Shown here: positions 18,165 to 25,376 of the stretch, in pieces
Layout of the letters: each line of letters starts with the position of its first letter
Numbering within the stretch: position 1 is the first letter of the stretch
From: an uncultured Erysipelotrichaceae bacterium
Lineage (GTDB): Bacteria > Bacillota_I > Bacilli_A > Erysipelotrichales > Erysipelotrichaceae
Reading direction: 5' to 3'
Length of the DNA stretch: 32,000 nt
Assembly: GCA_942493105.1 (NCBI GenBank)
Contig: OW818668.1
Span: forward strand, 30,001 to 62,000
Made by a program: the position numbers and the translations under genes
The notes under the pieces: model-generated
The model's database searches: none
Told to the model about the DNA's origin: nothing
What the model saw: only the letters and a program-made list of their open reading frames with translations

Positions 18165-18983
18165 ATGAAATTTAAAGTTTTGATCAGTGTGGCATTTGCC
18201 TTATTGTTGAGTCTGACCGTCATTGTTTATGATGCGAACCACGGTGCCTTGACTCGGCTCAAGATAAAGAGACTCACTTTAGAATCAGATCAGATTCCTG
18301 AAGCTTTTGATGAGTTAACACTTATCTATTTTTCAGATTTGCATGTTTACACTTTAGGTAAAGCTTATTATGAAAAAGTCATTCAAAAAATAAATGCTTT
18401 GAATCCTGACTTTGTGGTCTTTGGGGGTGATCTCATTGATGAGGCACAGTATGAGACCTATTCTGAAACAGAGCGGTCGAGCATTATAGATCTTCTTAAA
18501 TCCATCAAAGCACCTTATGGAAAATTCGCCCTCTTGTCTGAAACGGACCTCATGCATCAGACAGAACTAATATCACTCTATCACCAATCAGGTTTCGAAG
18601 TCATCAATAATAAACTGATACCCATTCATGCGTTAGGGAGCGCTTTTATCAACTTCCTAGGTTATGATGAATCCGGTGATGAATCGATTTTAACGCAACT
18701 TTCAGCAGATAAATATACCTTGGCCTTTGGATATGATCCTGATCTTGCCTTGACACTCAATGAACATGAAGTCGATGTGATGTTTGCGGGAAAAACACAT
18801 GGCGGACAAGTAACTTTGCCTATTATCGGTCCTTTGTTTATGAAAAGTGAGTCTTTTCAAAAAGGCTATTATCCATTATCCAAATTAAATCTTTATGTGA
18901 GTACAGGTATTGGCGTATCCAAGCTAAAGGCAAGATGGTTGACCGATCCTAGTTTAATGTTGATCACATTCAAATCTAAATAA
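18165..18983 (+). CDS. Membrane-anchored calcineurin-like metallophosphoesterase (YkuE/YaeI type)
   Basis: N-terminal TM anchor followed by FSDLH, GGDLID and GKTHGGQV metallophosphoesterase motifs. The ATG at 18165 is preferred over the track's GTG at 18147, which overlaps the -10 box. Confidence 0.8.
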   Translation: MKFKVLISVAFALLLSLTVIVYDANHGALTRLKIKRLTLESDQIPEAFDELTLIYFSDLHVYTLGKAYYEKVIQKINALNPDFVVFGGDLIDEAQYETYSETERSSIIDLLKSIKAPYGKFALLSETDLMHQTELISLYHQSGFEVINNKLIPIHALGSAFINFLGYDESGDESILTQLSADKYTLAFGYDPDLALTLNEHEVDVMFAGKTHGGQVTLPIIGPLFMKSESFQKGYYPLSKLNLYVSTGIGVSKLKARWLTDPSLMLITFKSK

Positions 18984-18986
18984 AAT

Positions 18987-19008
18987 GGCCCTTCGTTCAT
19001 GAAGGGCC
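18987..19008. terminator. Bidirectional terminator hairpin (copy A of the duplicated leuS terminator)
   Basis: GGCCCTTC-N6-GAAGGGCC starts 3 nt after the metallophosphoesterase stop. T-rich tracts follow on both strands (ATTGTTTAT on +, ATTTTATTT on -). Confidence 0.7.
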
Positions 19009-19013
19009 ATTGT

Positions 19014-19073
19014 TTATCTTACTACCATATTAATGAGTTTATTAGGCATATAGATCGTTTTGAGGGTGGTGAA
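19014..19073 (-). pseudogene. Orphan 3'-terminal fragment of leuS (last ~20 codons plus stop)
   Basis: The reverse complement reads [19 protein letters not shown], against the functional LeuRS C-terminus [19 protein letters not shown]. No LeuRS similarity is recognisable upstream of 19073, and an in-frame stop occurs at 19134..19136. Confidence 0.75.
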
Positions 19074-19158
19074 ATTGCATCTGATTTTACTCACAATGTC
19101 TGGCTCAATTTGGCTTATCTCTACGTGATCTACTTATATCAGAATTAAGAAAAATTAG

Positions 19159-19185
19159 AAAAACAGACACTCAATGGGAGTCTGT
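19159..19185 (-). terminator. Modest rho-independent terminator after the orphan membrane-protein gene
   Basis: Minus-strand RNA is ACAGAC-(11-nt loop with 3 possible inner pairs)-GUCUGU followed by UUUUU, immediately after the TAA stop at 19189..19187. Confidence 0.45.
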
Positions 19186-19186
19186 A

Positions 19187-19960
19187 TTATTTATACATTT
19201 TATCTCTTAATCTTTTATATCGATTTCGTTGGTTTGCTGCTTTTATTCTACTTATAAGATCCTCAGTATTTGTTATTGAATGATTAGGTATCTCTATTTT
19301 ATAGGACTTACTGAAATCACCAACACGACTGGTTGTTAATATACGAATCATCAATATTCGATTCCCATCCTCCTTAGCCATTAAATCAATTTCATCGAGC
19401 CACGTTCCTGACCATTTATCACCCCAGATCGAATAGTCTTTGATATAGATCATTCCGATCTCAGACAATAAAAACACCGGAATCAGATCAGATTTTTTCT
19501 TCAAGAATATCCGCATAAACTGGATAAGAATGTAAAGAGCGATTGAGACTAACCCAACGATAATCAATTCCCGTGCTGAAGTCACGATCACAACAACCAG
19601 AAATATTAGAATCAATGGTAGGAGAAATGCGAAACCACCGATGAAGAAATCCTTGATTTTCTTCTTTCGGTTTTCATTAAACTGATCAGCAACCTCTTTA
19701 TCTAGAATGATTTCGATTTGTGCAGTGTCTCTGATCCATTGACGCTGGTTCCTGATGTCGATCACCATAAAAAAAACAAGGATCGCACCACCAATCAATA
19801 CAATTAAAAACACCATGTCATCATCAAATACATAACTATTCCTCAACAGGGGCATACTTAGGATGAAGGCAAGAATAAACACCGTCACTATCATGACAAA
19901 GAACCTCATTTTTGTCAGAGGGGTTGCATTGAGTCTTTGCTTGAATGTGATCTTAGTCAT
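19187..19960 (-). CDS. Hypothetical 4-TM membrane protein with a ~95-aa C-terminal soluble domain (no family recognised)
   Basis: Long ORF with four clear hydrophobic helices (FFVMIVTVFILAFIL, VFLIVLIGGAILVFFMV, FFIGGFAFLLPLILIFLVVVIV, LIIVGLVSIALYILIQF) and a basic C-terminal tail. The start is trimmed to the ATG at 19960 because the track's GTG at 19996 lies in the leuS terminator stem. A TATAAT box (19975..19970) sits 9 nt upstream. Confidence 0.6.
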   Translation of the reverse strand: MTKITFKQRLNATPLTKMRFFVMIVTVFILAFILSMPLLRNSYVFDDDMVFLIVLIGGAILVFFMVIDIRNQRQWIRDTAQIEIILDKEVADQFNENRKKKIKDFFIGGFAFLLPLILIFLVVVIVTSARELIIVGLVSIALYILIQFMRIFLKKKSDLIPVFLLSEIGMIYIKDYSIWGDKWSGTWLDEIDLMAKEDGNRILMIRILTTSRVGDFSKSYKIEIPNHSITNTEDLISRIKAANQRNRYKRLRDKMYK

Positions 19961-19980
19961 GTTACTCTCATTATAAACGA

Positions 19981-20004
19981 AACCCTTCGCTTTCACGAAG
20001 GGTT
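19981..20004 (-). terminator. leuS terminator hairpin (copy B)
   Basis: AACCCTTCG-N6-CGAAGGGTT is a 9-bp perfect stem 5 nt after the leuS stop. The downstream U-tract is interrupted (UCGUUUAU). Confidence 0.6.
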
Positions 20005-20069
20005 ATTTGTTATCTTACTACCATATTGATGAGTTTATTAGGTACATAGATCGTTTTGATGATGGTAAC
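19981..20069. repeat. Direct repeat copy B (functional leuS 3' end plus terminator)
   Basis: See copy A. Similarity ends abruptly at 20069/20070 (1/10 matches in the next 10 nt). Confidence 0.8.
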
Positions 20070-22400
20070 ACCAGTAAGATATGTTTTTATATTCTCCATA
20101 TCTTTGACCAATGCTTCCACAAAGGCTTGGTCTTTATTGAGTTCAACGGTTAGTTTTCCTCTGACCTTCCCATTGATTTGAACCACGATCTCAACTTCAT
20201 TTTCTATTAAGAACTTAGGATCAAAGGTGGGCCAAGGTTCATAGGTGATCCCTGTCTTACCACTTACGATCTCAAAAAGTTCTTCGCCATAATGTGGGGC
20301 AAAACAGGCAAACATTTTAATAAAGCCTATCGCATATTCTTTATAAATCGTCTCAACTTTGAAACATTCATTGATGAAGATCATCATTTGAGAGACTGCC
20401 GTATTGAAATTCAGAGTTTCGATGTCTGATGTTACTTTTTTGACTGTCGCATGATAAAGCTTATCTAATGATCCATCATTATGATCACTGAGCTTATCTT
20501 GCTCACTAAAGGCTCTTACAACGCGATCAAGCCACTTCTTGGTTCCATCAAGTCCACTTTCTGACCAAGGCAAAGCTGCTTCTAAAGGTCCCATAAACAT
20601 CTCATAGACCCTTAAAGCATCTGCCCCATGGGATTCAATGATATCATCCGGATTGATGACATTGCCTCTGGATTTACTCATCTTTTCACCATTTTCGCCT
20701 AAGATCATTCCTTGATGAAACAGCTTGGCGAAAGGTTCCTTGGTTGGAACGACCCCAATATCATAAAGCACTTTGTGCCAGAAACGTGCATAAAGCAAAT
20801 GCAAAACCGCATGTTCGGCACCACCCACATACAGATCGACAGGCAACCAATGTTTCAGTAACTCAGGATCTGCGATCGCTTTGTCGTTTTTAGGATCCAG
20901 ATAGCGTAAATAGTACCAGCAACTTCCAGCCCATTGAGGCATCGTATTGGTTTCTCGCTTACCTTTCATCCCATCGATTTCAACATCCAACCAATTGATG
21001 GCATGCGATAAAGGAGATTCTCCTTTTGAAGAAGGTTTGTAATTTTGAACTTCTGGTAATTCTAGTGGCAATTCGTCGATGTCGACGGTTCTTTTTGAGC
21101 CATCTTCCATCAATATAATAGGAATGGGTTCTCCCCAATAACGTTGTCTAGAGAATAACCAATCTCTTAATTTATATGTGACCTTGGCTTCCCCAATATG
21201 ATGATCTTTTAGCCACTCATTCATGGTTTGTATGGCTTGTTCTTTATCTAATCCATTCAAGAAATCACTGTTGATATGGATCCCATCTTGGGTCCATGCT
21301 TCTTTAGTAATGTCTCCGCCTTGTAAGACATCAACGATGTCCAAACCAAATTTCTTCGCAAATTCATAGTCGCGTTGATCATGGGCTGGTACAGCCATGA
21401 TGGCTCCTGTCCCATACGCTGCCAAAACATAATCTGCGATCCAAATCGGTACTTTCTTTTGATTTGCTGGATTGATCGCATAAGCTCCAGTGAAAACTCC
21501 TGTTTTTTCTTTATTGAGTTCAGTTCGTTGCAGATCGCTTTTTGATGCACAAGCTTCAATATAGGCATCGACTTCTACTTTATATTGGGCTGTGGTGATT
21601 TCCTTAACGAAAGGATGTTCAGGTGCCATAACACAATAAGTCGCTCCAAATAAAGTATCAGAACGCGTTGTAAATACTGTGAATTCTTTATTGGTACCAT
21701 CGATCTTAAAGATGACATTGGCACCCACTGATTTACCGATCCAATTGATTTGCATCTCTTTGGTGGAGGATGGCCAATCTACTAAGTCCAGATCTTCTAA
21801 AAGTCTTTCCGCATACTTGGTGATCCTTAAGACCCATTGACGCATTGGAACTCGATACACAGGAAAATCTCCCCGCTCAGATTTCCCATCAATGACTTCT
21901 TCATTGGCCAACACTGTTCCAAGTTCTGGACACCAATTGACAGGGATCTCATCAACATAGGCCAATCCTTGATTGTAGAGCTGAATAAAGATCCACTGGG
22001 TCCACTTATAGTACTCCGGATCAGTCGTTGAGATTTCTTTTGACCAATCATAAGATAACCCTAATGCTTTGATCTGAGCTTTGAATGTTTCAATGTTTTG
22101 TTTGGTAAAAGCAGCTGGATGATGACCTGTATTTAAAGCATATTGTTCAGCAGGTAAACCAAAAGCATCCCAACCCATGGGGTGCAAAACATTATAGCCT
22201 TGCATACGTCGCATCCGACATAAAATATCGGTTGCGGTATAGCCTTCAGGATGTCCCACATGAAGCCCATTTCCTGATGGATAAGGAAACATATCCAGGA
22301 TATATGCTTTGGGCTTACTGAAGTCATATACATCGGTCTTAAAGACTTCATGCTTATCCCAATATAACTGCCACTTCTTTTCTATGGTCTTGTGATCCAT
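20010..22400 (-). CDS. leuS: Leucyl-tRNA synthetase
   Basis: 796 aa with HVGHPEGY (HIGH-type) and KMSKSRGN (KMSKS) motifs and a CP1 editing domain. The start is trimmed to [11 protein letters not shown] (22400), which has an AGGAGG SD. The track's upstream extension runs into the T-box terminator. Confidence 0.97.
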   Translation of the reverse strand: MDHKTIEKKWQLYWDKHEVFKTDVYDFSKPKAYILDMFPYPSGNGLHVGHPEGYTATDILCRMRRMQGYNVLHPMGWDAFGLPAEQYALNTGHHPAAFTKQNIETFKAQIKALGLSYDWSKEISTTDPEYYKWTQWIFIQLYNQGLAYVDEIPVNWCPELGTVLANEEVIDGKSERGDFPVYRVPMRQWVLRITKYAERLLEDLDLVDWPSSTKEMQINWIGKSVGANVIFKIDGTNKEFTVFTTRSDTLFGATYCVMAPEHPFVKEITTAQYKVEVDAYIEACASKSDLQRTELNKEKTGVFTGAYAINPANQKKVPIWIADYVLAAYGTGAIMAVPAHDQRDYEFAKKFGLDIVDVLQGGDITKEAWTQDGIHINSDFLNGLDKEQAIQTMNEWLKDHHIGEAKVTYKLRDWLFSRQRYWGEPIPIILMEDGSKRTVDIDELPLELPEVQNYKPSSKGESPLSHAINWLDVEIDGMKGKRETNTMPQWAGSCWYYLRYLDPKNDKAIADPELLKHWLPVDLYVGGAEHAVLHLLYARFWHKVLYDIGVVPTKEPFAKLFHQGMILGENGEKMSKSRGNVINPDDIIESHGADALRVYEMFMGPLEAALPWSESGLDGTKKWLDRVVRAFSEQDKLSDHNDGSLDKLYHATVKKVTSDIETLNFNTAVSQMMIFINECFKVETIYKEYAIGFIKMFACFAPHYGEELFEIVSGKTGITYEPWPTFDPKFLIENEVEIVVQINGKVRGKLTVELNKDQAFVEALVKDMENIKTYLTGVTIIKTIYVPNKLINMVVR

Positions 22401-22604
22401 ATTTCCTCCTAATAAAAAAGGCACCCAAAGGACGGATTAACCGTGGTACCACCTTACTGACTTCTCAAACCGATAACGGGGCGAACCGTAAACGTTTTAG
22501 CGTTTATGCCACAAACTGAGTTTCAATTGTCTTTCTCCTAATTTACACCCTGCCTTAGGTCTCTTTTTAGAAAGGTTCAATCTACTGATGTTTGTCATTG
22601 CTAT
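22401..22604 (-). promoter_or_regulatory. T-box riboswitch leader, leucine-specific (specifier CUC)
   Basis: Minus strand has a Stem I AG bulge (AAAGAGA), a distal loop (CAGGGTGTAAA), the specifier loop GAAA-CUC-AG (CUC = + strand gag at 22518..22520), the T-box sequence AGTAAGGTGGTACCACGG (22441..22458) and a terminator GGTACCACGG...CCGTCCTTTGGGTGCC followed by TTTTTT (22414..22450). Confidence 0.9.
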
Positions 22605-22610
22605 GTGATT

Positions 22611-22640
22611 AGCATACTCCACAGGTCACCTAAAAGTCAA
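22611..22640 (-). promoter_or_regulatory. Promoter of the leuS T-box leader: TTGACT - 18 nt - TATGCT
   Basis: Minus strand has TTGACT (22640..22635) and TATGCT (22616..22611). It sits back-to-back with the ytqA -10 box. Confidence 0.6.
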
Positions 22641-22648
22641 GACGGCTG

Positions 22649-22657
22649 TGCTACAAT
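22649..22657 (+). promoter_or_regulatory. Extended -10 box TGCTACAAT, 6 nt upstream of the ytqA ATG (leaderless candidate)
   Basis: TGCTACAAT at 22649..22657, then aaagtc, then the ATG at 22664. No SD. The expected TSS coincides with the A of the ATG. Confidence 0.55.
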
Positions 22658-22663
22658 AAAGTC

Positions 22664-23596
22664 ATGAATCCATTTCTTTACTCCAGCGACAACAAACGTT
22701 ACCATACTTTCAATTATGATTTAAGGCAACGATATGGCTTTAAAGTCTATCGAGTTCCACTGAATACCAATTTGTCCTGTCCCAATCGAGATGGGACTTG
22801 TGGATCAGGAGGCTGTGTTTTTTGTAATGAAGATGGCAGTGGTGAATTTGCCGGTCATGTTGATGATGATTTGATGACTCAGTATCAAAAAGGAAAAGCC
22901 ATGATGAGCCGTAAATGGCCAGATGCTTTCCCCATGGCTTACTTTCAAGCCTTCTCCAATACTTATGCCCCATTAGACACCTTAAAATCATTCTTTGAGC
23001 CTTTTATCCAAATGGACGAAGTTGTTGCCTTAGCCATCGCAACGCGTGCCGATTGTTTAAGCGATGAAACGATTGCTTATCTAGATAAACTTTGCGAAAA
23101 GAAAGATATTTATCTTGAACTGGGTCTACAAAGCATTCATGATGCAACCGCCAAGGCTATGAATCGAGGTCATGATTACGCAACATTTATCGCAAAGATT
23201 CAAAAACTTAAGCAGACAAAGTTGAAAGTCGTGATTCATCTTATGAACGGGTTTCCAAGTGAAACCAAAGCCATGATGGTTGAAACTGCCAAAGCAGTAG
23301 GACAGCTTCATCCTTATGGAATCAAAATTCATATGCTTAATGTCTTGGACCATACTGCTTTAGGCAGAGCTTATTTGATCAAGCCTTTCCCACTGATGGA
23401 TCAAGAAGAATATGAAAATCTGGTGATTCATCAACTTCAATTTATCCCTTCAGAAGTTGTCATCATGAGATTAACGGGTGACGGAGATGCTTCTGAAGTT
23501 TTAGCCCCTTTATGGGTCAAAAATAAAACTTCTGTGTTGAATGGCATCGATAAAAAGATGGCAAGAAGAAATATCAACCAAGGTGATTGTTTATGA
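22664..23596 (+). CDS. ytqA: TIGR01212-family radical SAM protein (YtqA/YhcC type)
   Basis: The N-terminus ...KRYHTFNYDLRQRYGFKVYRVPLN..CPNRDGTCGSGGCVFCNEDGSGEFAG closely parallels B. subtilis YtqA, including the atypical CPNRDGT..GGC.FC cluster motif. Confidence 0.88.
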   Translation: MNPFLYSSDNKRYHTFNYDLRQRYGFKVYRVPLNTNLSCPNRDGTCGSGGCVFCNEDGSGEFAGHVDDDLMTQYQKGKAMMSRKWPDAFPMAYFQAFSNTYAPLDTLKSFFEPFIQMDEVVALAIATRADCLSDETIAYLDKLCEKKDIYLELGLQSIHDATAKAMNRGHDYATFIAKIQKLKQTKLKVVIHLMNGFPSETKAMMVETAKAVGQLHPYGIKIHMLNVLDHTALGRAYLIKPFPLMDQEEYENLVIHQLQFIPSEVVIMRLTGDGDASEVLAPLWVKNKTSVLNGIDKKMARRNINQGDCL

Positions 23597-24123
23597 GTCG
23601 ACTTCATGTGACAACTAAAGCTCACCAATGGATGAGCTTGATTGTACGAGCGGACAGTATCGTTGTCGATGCGACAGCCGGTAATGGAAATGATACCCTG
23701 TTTTTATCGAAACTGGCTAAAGAAGTCACTGCTTTTGATATCCAAAGTGAAGCAATAGAAAAAGCTCGTCAGCGTTGTGCCTCATTAACCAATGTGCACT
23801 TTATTTGTGAGAGTCATGAAAAAATATTTGAATTTGTTAAAAGCTTTGATGTCTTGATATTCAATCTTGGTTATTTACCCAACAGTGAATCACCAATATC
23901 TACTCAAGGTTCAACGACTTTAAATGCACTCAAGATCAATCTTCCCTATCTGTCAAAAAAAGGATATTTGCTGATCACATATTATCGCAAACATCCTGGG
24001 GGTAATGAAGAATATGAACTGGTCTCATCTTTTTTAGAAAGTCATCCACAACTTGATCACCTAGAAACCTACACTTATGATGAAGATTTATCCCCTGTTT
24101 TTCAAATCTTCCAAAAGCGCTGA
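23593..24123 (+). CDS. mnmM: SAM-dependent methyltransferase YtqB/MnmM (tRNA nm5s2U to mnm5s2U methyltransferase family)
   Basis: VVDATAGNGNDTLFLS and FNLGYLPNSESPISTQG match the YtqB signatures VIDATMGNGHDTQFLA and FNLGYLPGGDKSITT. The conserved ytqA-ytqB pairing is present, with an ATGA start/stop overlap and an AAGGTGA SD. Confidence 0.8.
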   Translation: MSRLHVTTKAHQWMSLIVRADSIVVDATAGNGNDTLFLSKLAKEVTAFDIQSEAIEKARQRCASLTNVHFICESHEKIFEFVKSFDVLIFNLGYLPNSESPISTQGSTTLNALKINLPYLSKKGYLLITYYRKHPGGNEEYELVSSFLESHPQLDHLETYTYDEDLSPVFQIFQKR

Positions 24124-24606
24124 GAATGCACATCGTTCACGTCTGTGAATGATCCAATCAACATCACTTTCTGCTTTATTCAATTCATGTTCAATTTCAG
24201 AAAGACTTAACCAGACTACAGAATCGATGAGGATCTTTTCTTCTTCGGTCCGTTGTGTATTTTGATTTAGAGATTCAAGCTTTGCCTGATAATACACACT
24301 GAAAGTCATCCTATTGATCACATTGTAACGATCGATGACCACTCCAATTTCTTTGAAGTCAGTGGCTTTTGCCCCTAATTCTTCTTCAATTTCACGATGT
24401 GCAGCTTCAATAAATGTTTCATTGAGTTCAACCCCACCACCTGGACTTTCCAAGTGATTTCTTTTTCCAAAACCATCTTCACCGATGATCCTTAAAAAGC
24501 CAATCCTTCCTTCTTGATCAAACACAAAAACACGTGCTGTAAAACGAATCATATCGATCGTTGAAGATTTAAATCGGTCATCGTGGAAATATCCTAGAAT
24601 TTTCAT
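24088..24606 (-). CDS. Nudix hydrolase
   Basis: Nudix box GGGVELNETFIEAAHREIEEELG (Gx5Ex7REUxEExGU). The start is set at MKILGYFHDD (24606) because the upstream ATG/TTG codons lie inside the promoter. Confidence 0.85.
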   Translation of the reverse strand: MKILGYFHDDRFKSSTIDMIRFTARVFVFDQEGRIGFLRIIGEDGFGKRNHLESPGGGVELNETFIEAAHREIEEELGAKATDFKEIGVVIDRYNVINRMTFSVYYQAKLESLNQNTQRTEEEKILIDSVVWLSLSEIEHELNKAESDVDWIIHRRERCAFSALLEDLKNRG

Positions 24607-24613
24607 CTCTACA

Positions 24614-24642
24614 AGTATAGAATTGAACATCAGTGAAGTCAA
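24614..24642 (-). promoter_or_regulatory. Promoter TTGACT - 17 nt - TATACT, with the -10 ending 7 nt before the Nudix ATG (leaderless candidate)
   Basis: Minus strand has TTGACT (24642..24637), a 17-nt spacer and TATACT (24619..24614), followed by tgtagag and the ATG. Confidence 0.65.
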
Positions 24643-24667
24643 TGAACCAAAGTCAAAAAGAAGGTAT

Positions 24668-24708
24668 AAAAAAGAAAAAAGATGGGGGGAGCATCTTTTT
24701 TCTTTTTT
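24668..24708. terminator. 17-bp perfect A/T-rich palindromic hairpin (likely bidirectional terminator or insulator)
   Basis: AAAAAAGAAAAAAGATG-GGGGGAG-CATCTTTTTTCTTTTTT. Either strand yields an A-arm, a stem and a U-arm. It lies 144 nt downstream of the last suf-operon gene and just upstream of the Nudix promoter. Confidence 0.55.
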
Positions 24709-24851
24709 ACTAAAAAGGGGAAAGGGTACTGTTCGATAAAAGGGTCATTATTGAGAAGAGAAAATCGAACAGGCAAGTTTTATCTTGCACCATCATCATA
24801 TGAAATCAATATGTAAGTTATGTGGTTTGTTTGTGTTAAATTGTGTGAACA

Positions 24852-25376
24852 TCACAAATCTGTGAGTATTTCATCACATTTTACGTCAAATTGAGTCTCT
24901 TTTAGCTCTGGTTCATAATCTGATAAAAAACATATCCCAAGTTTCAGTCCTGTATAGTTTCTTAAGTAAGTATCATAATACCCTTTACCATAACCTAAAC
25001 GATAATTTCTTTCATTAAAGGCCAACATTGGTATGATTTGTATATCGATCCTTCCTGAATATGGTTCGTTTGAAACAGGTTCTAATATCCCATAAGTACT
25101 GAGCTCACATTCATTAAAATCACGGATCCGAATGAAAATCATTTTCCCATGAATAATTTTTGGGACACATACGATCTTATGCTCCTGAAGCAATCTTGAG
25201 ATAAGATCTAAAGTCTGTACTTCTCCCTTCATGGACATATAAATACCCACACAATGTACCGCCTTTAGAATTGGCCAAAGTTTTTCTTGGATACAAAAAG
25301 AAGCCGCCAGATTCAACTTAGGATCGACATTTAACCGGCGATCTTTATGTTTTTGTCTTAAAGCGGCTTTGTCCAT
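24852..25376 (-). CDS. 5-formyltetrahydrofolate cyclo-ligase (MTHFS family)
   Basis: 174 aa. The N-terminal K..LR...K..R, the ILEPV segment and the C-terminal GYGKGYYDTYL motif are typical of the 5-FCL family. Its ATG shares one base with the sufB TAA stop (TAATG). Confidence 0.85.
   Translation of the reverse strand: MDKAALRQKHKDRRLNVDPKLNLAASFCIQEKLWPILKAVHCVGIYMSMKGEVQTLDLISRLLQEHKIVCVPKIIHGKMIFIRIRDFNECELSTYGILEPVSNEPYSGRIDIQIIPMLAFNERNYRLGYGKGYYDTYLRNYTGLKLGICFLSDYEPELKETQFDVKCDEILTDL

Larger units (their letters stand above)
18987..19073. repeat. Direct repeat copy A (terminator hairpin plus last 20 leuS codons)
   Basis: Aligns to 19981..20069. The 60-nt coding part is 53/60 identical by eye. 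The hairpin is homologous with compensating changes and a 2-nt indel. Confidence 0.8.

Noticed and set aside
19074-19980. Claiming a clear low-GC signature for the 907-bp insert
   Set aside because: Hand counts of 60-nt samples gave 27% (19201..19260) and 38% (19501..19560), against 37% in leuS (20161..20220). This is too variable to support a compositional argument without a proper sliding-window computation.
22401-24642. Upstream-extended start codons in the ORF track for dnaJ (9217), coaD (13293), the LiaF-like gene (18113), the metallophosphoesterase (18147 GTG), the orphan gene (19996 GTG), leuS (22424), mnmM (23587 TTG) and Nudix (24642 TTG)
   Set aside because: In each case the extension runs through an SD, a -10/-35 box, a terminator stem or the T-box. 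A downstream ATG reproduces the conserved family N-terminus.
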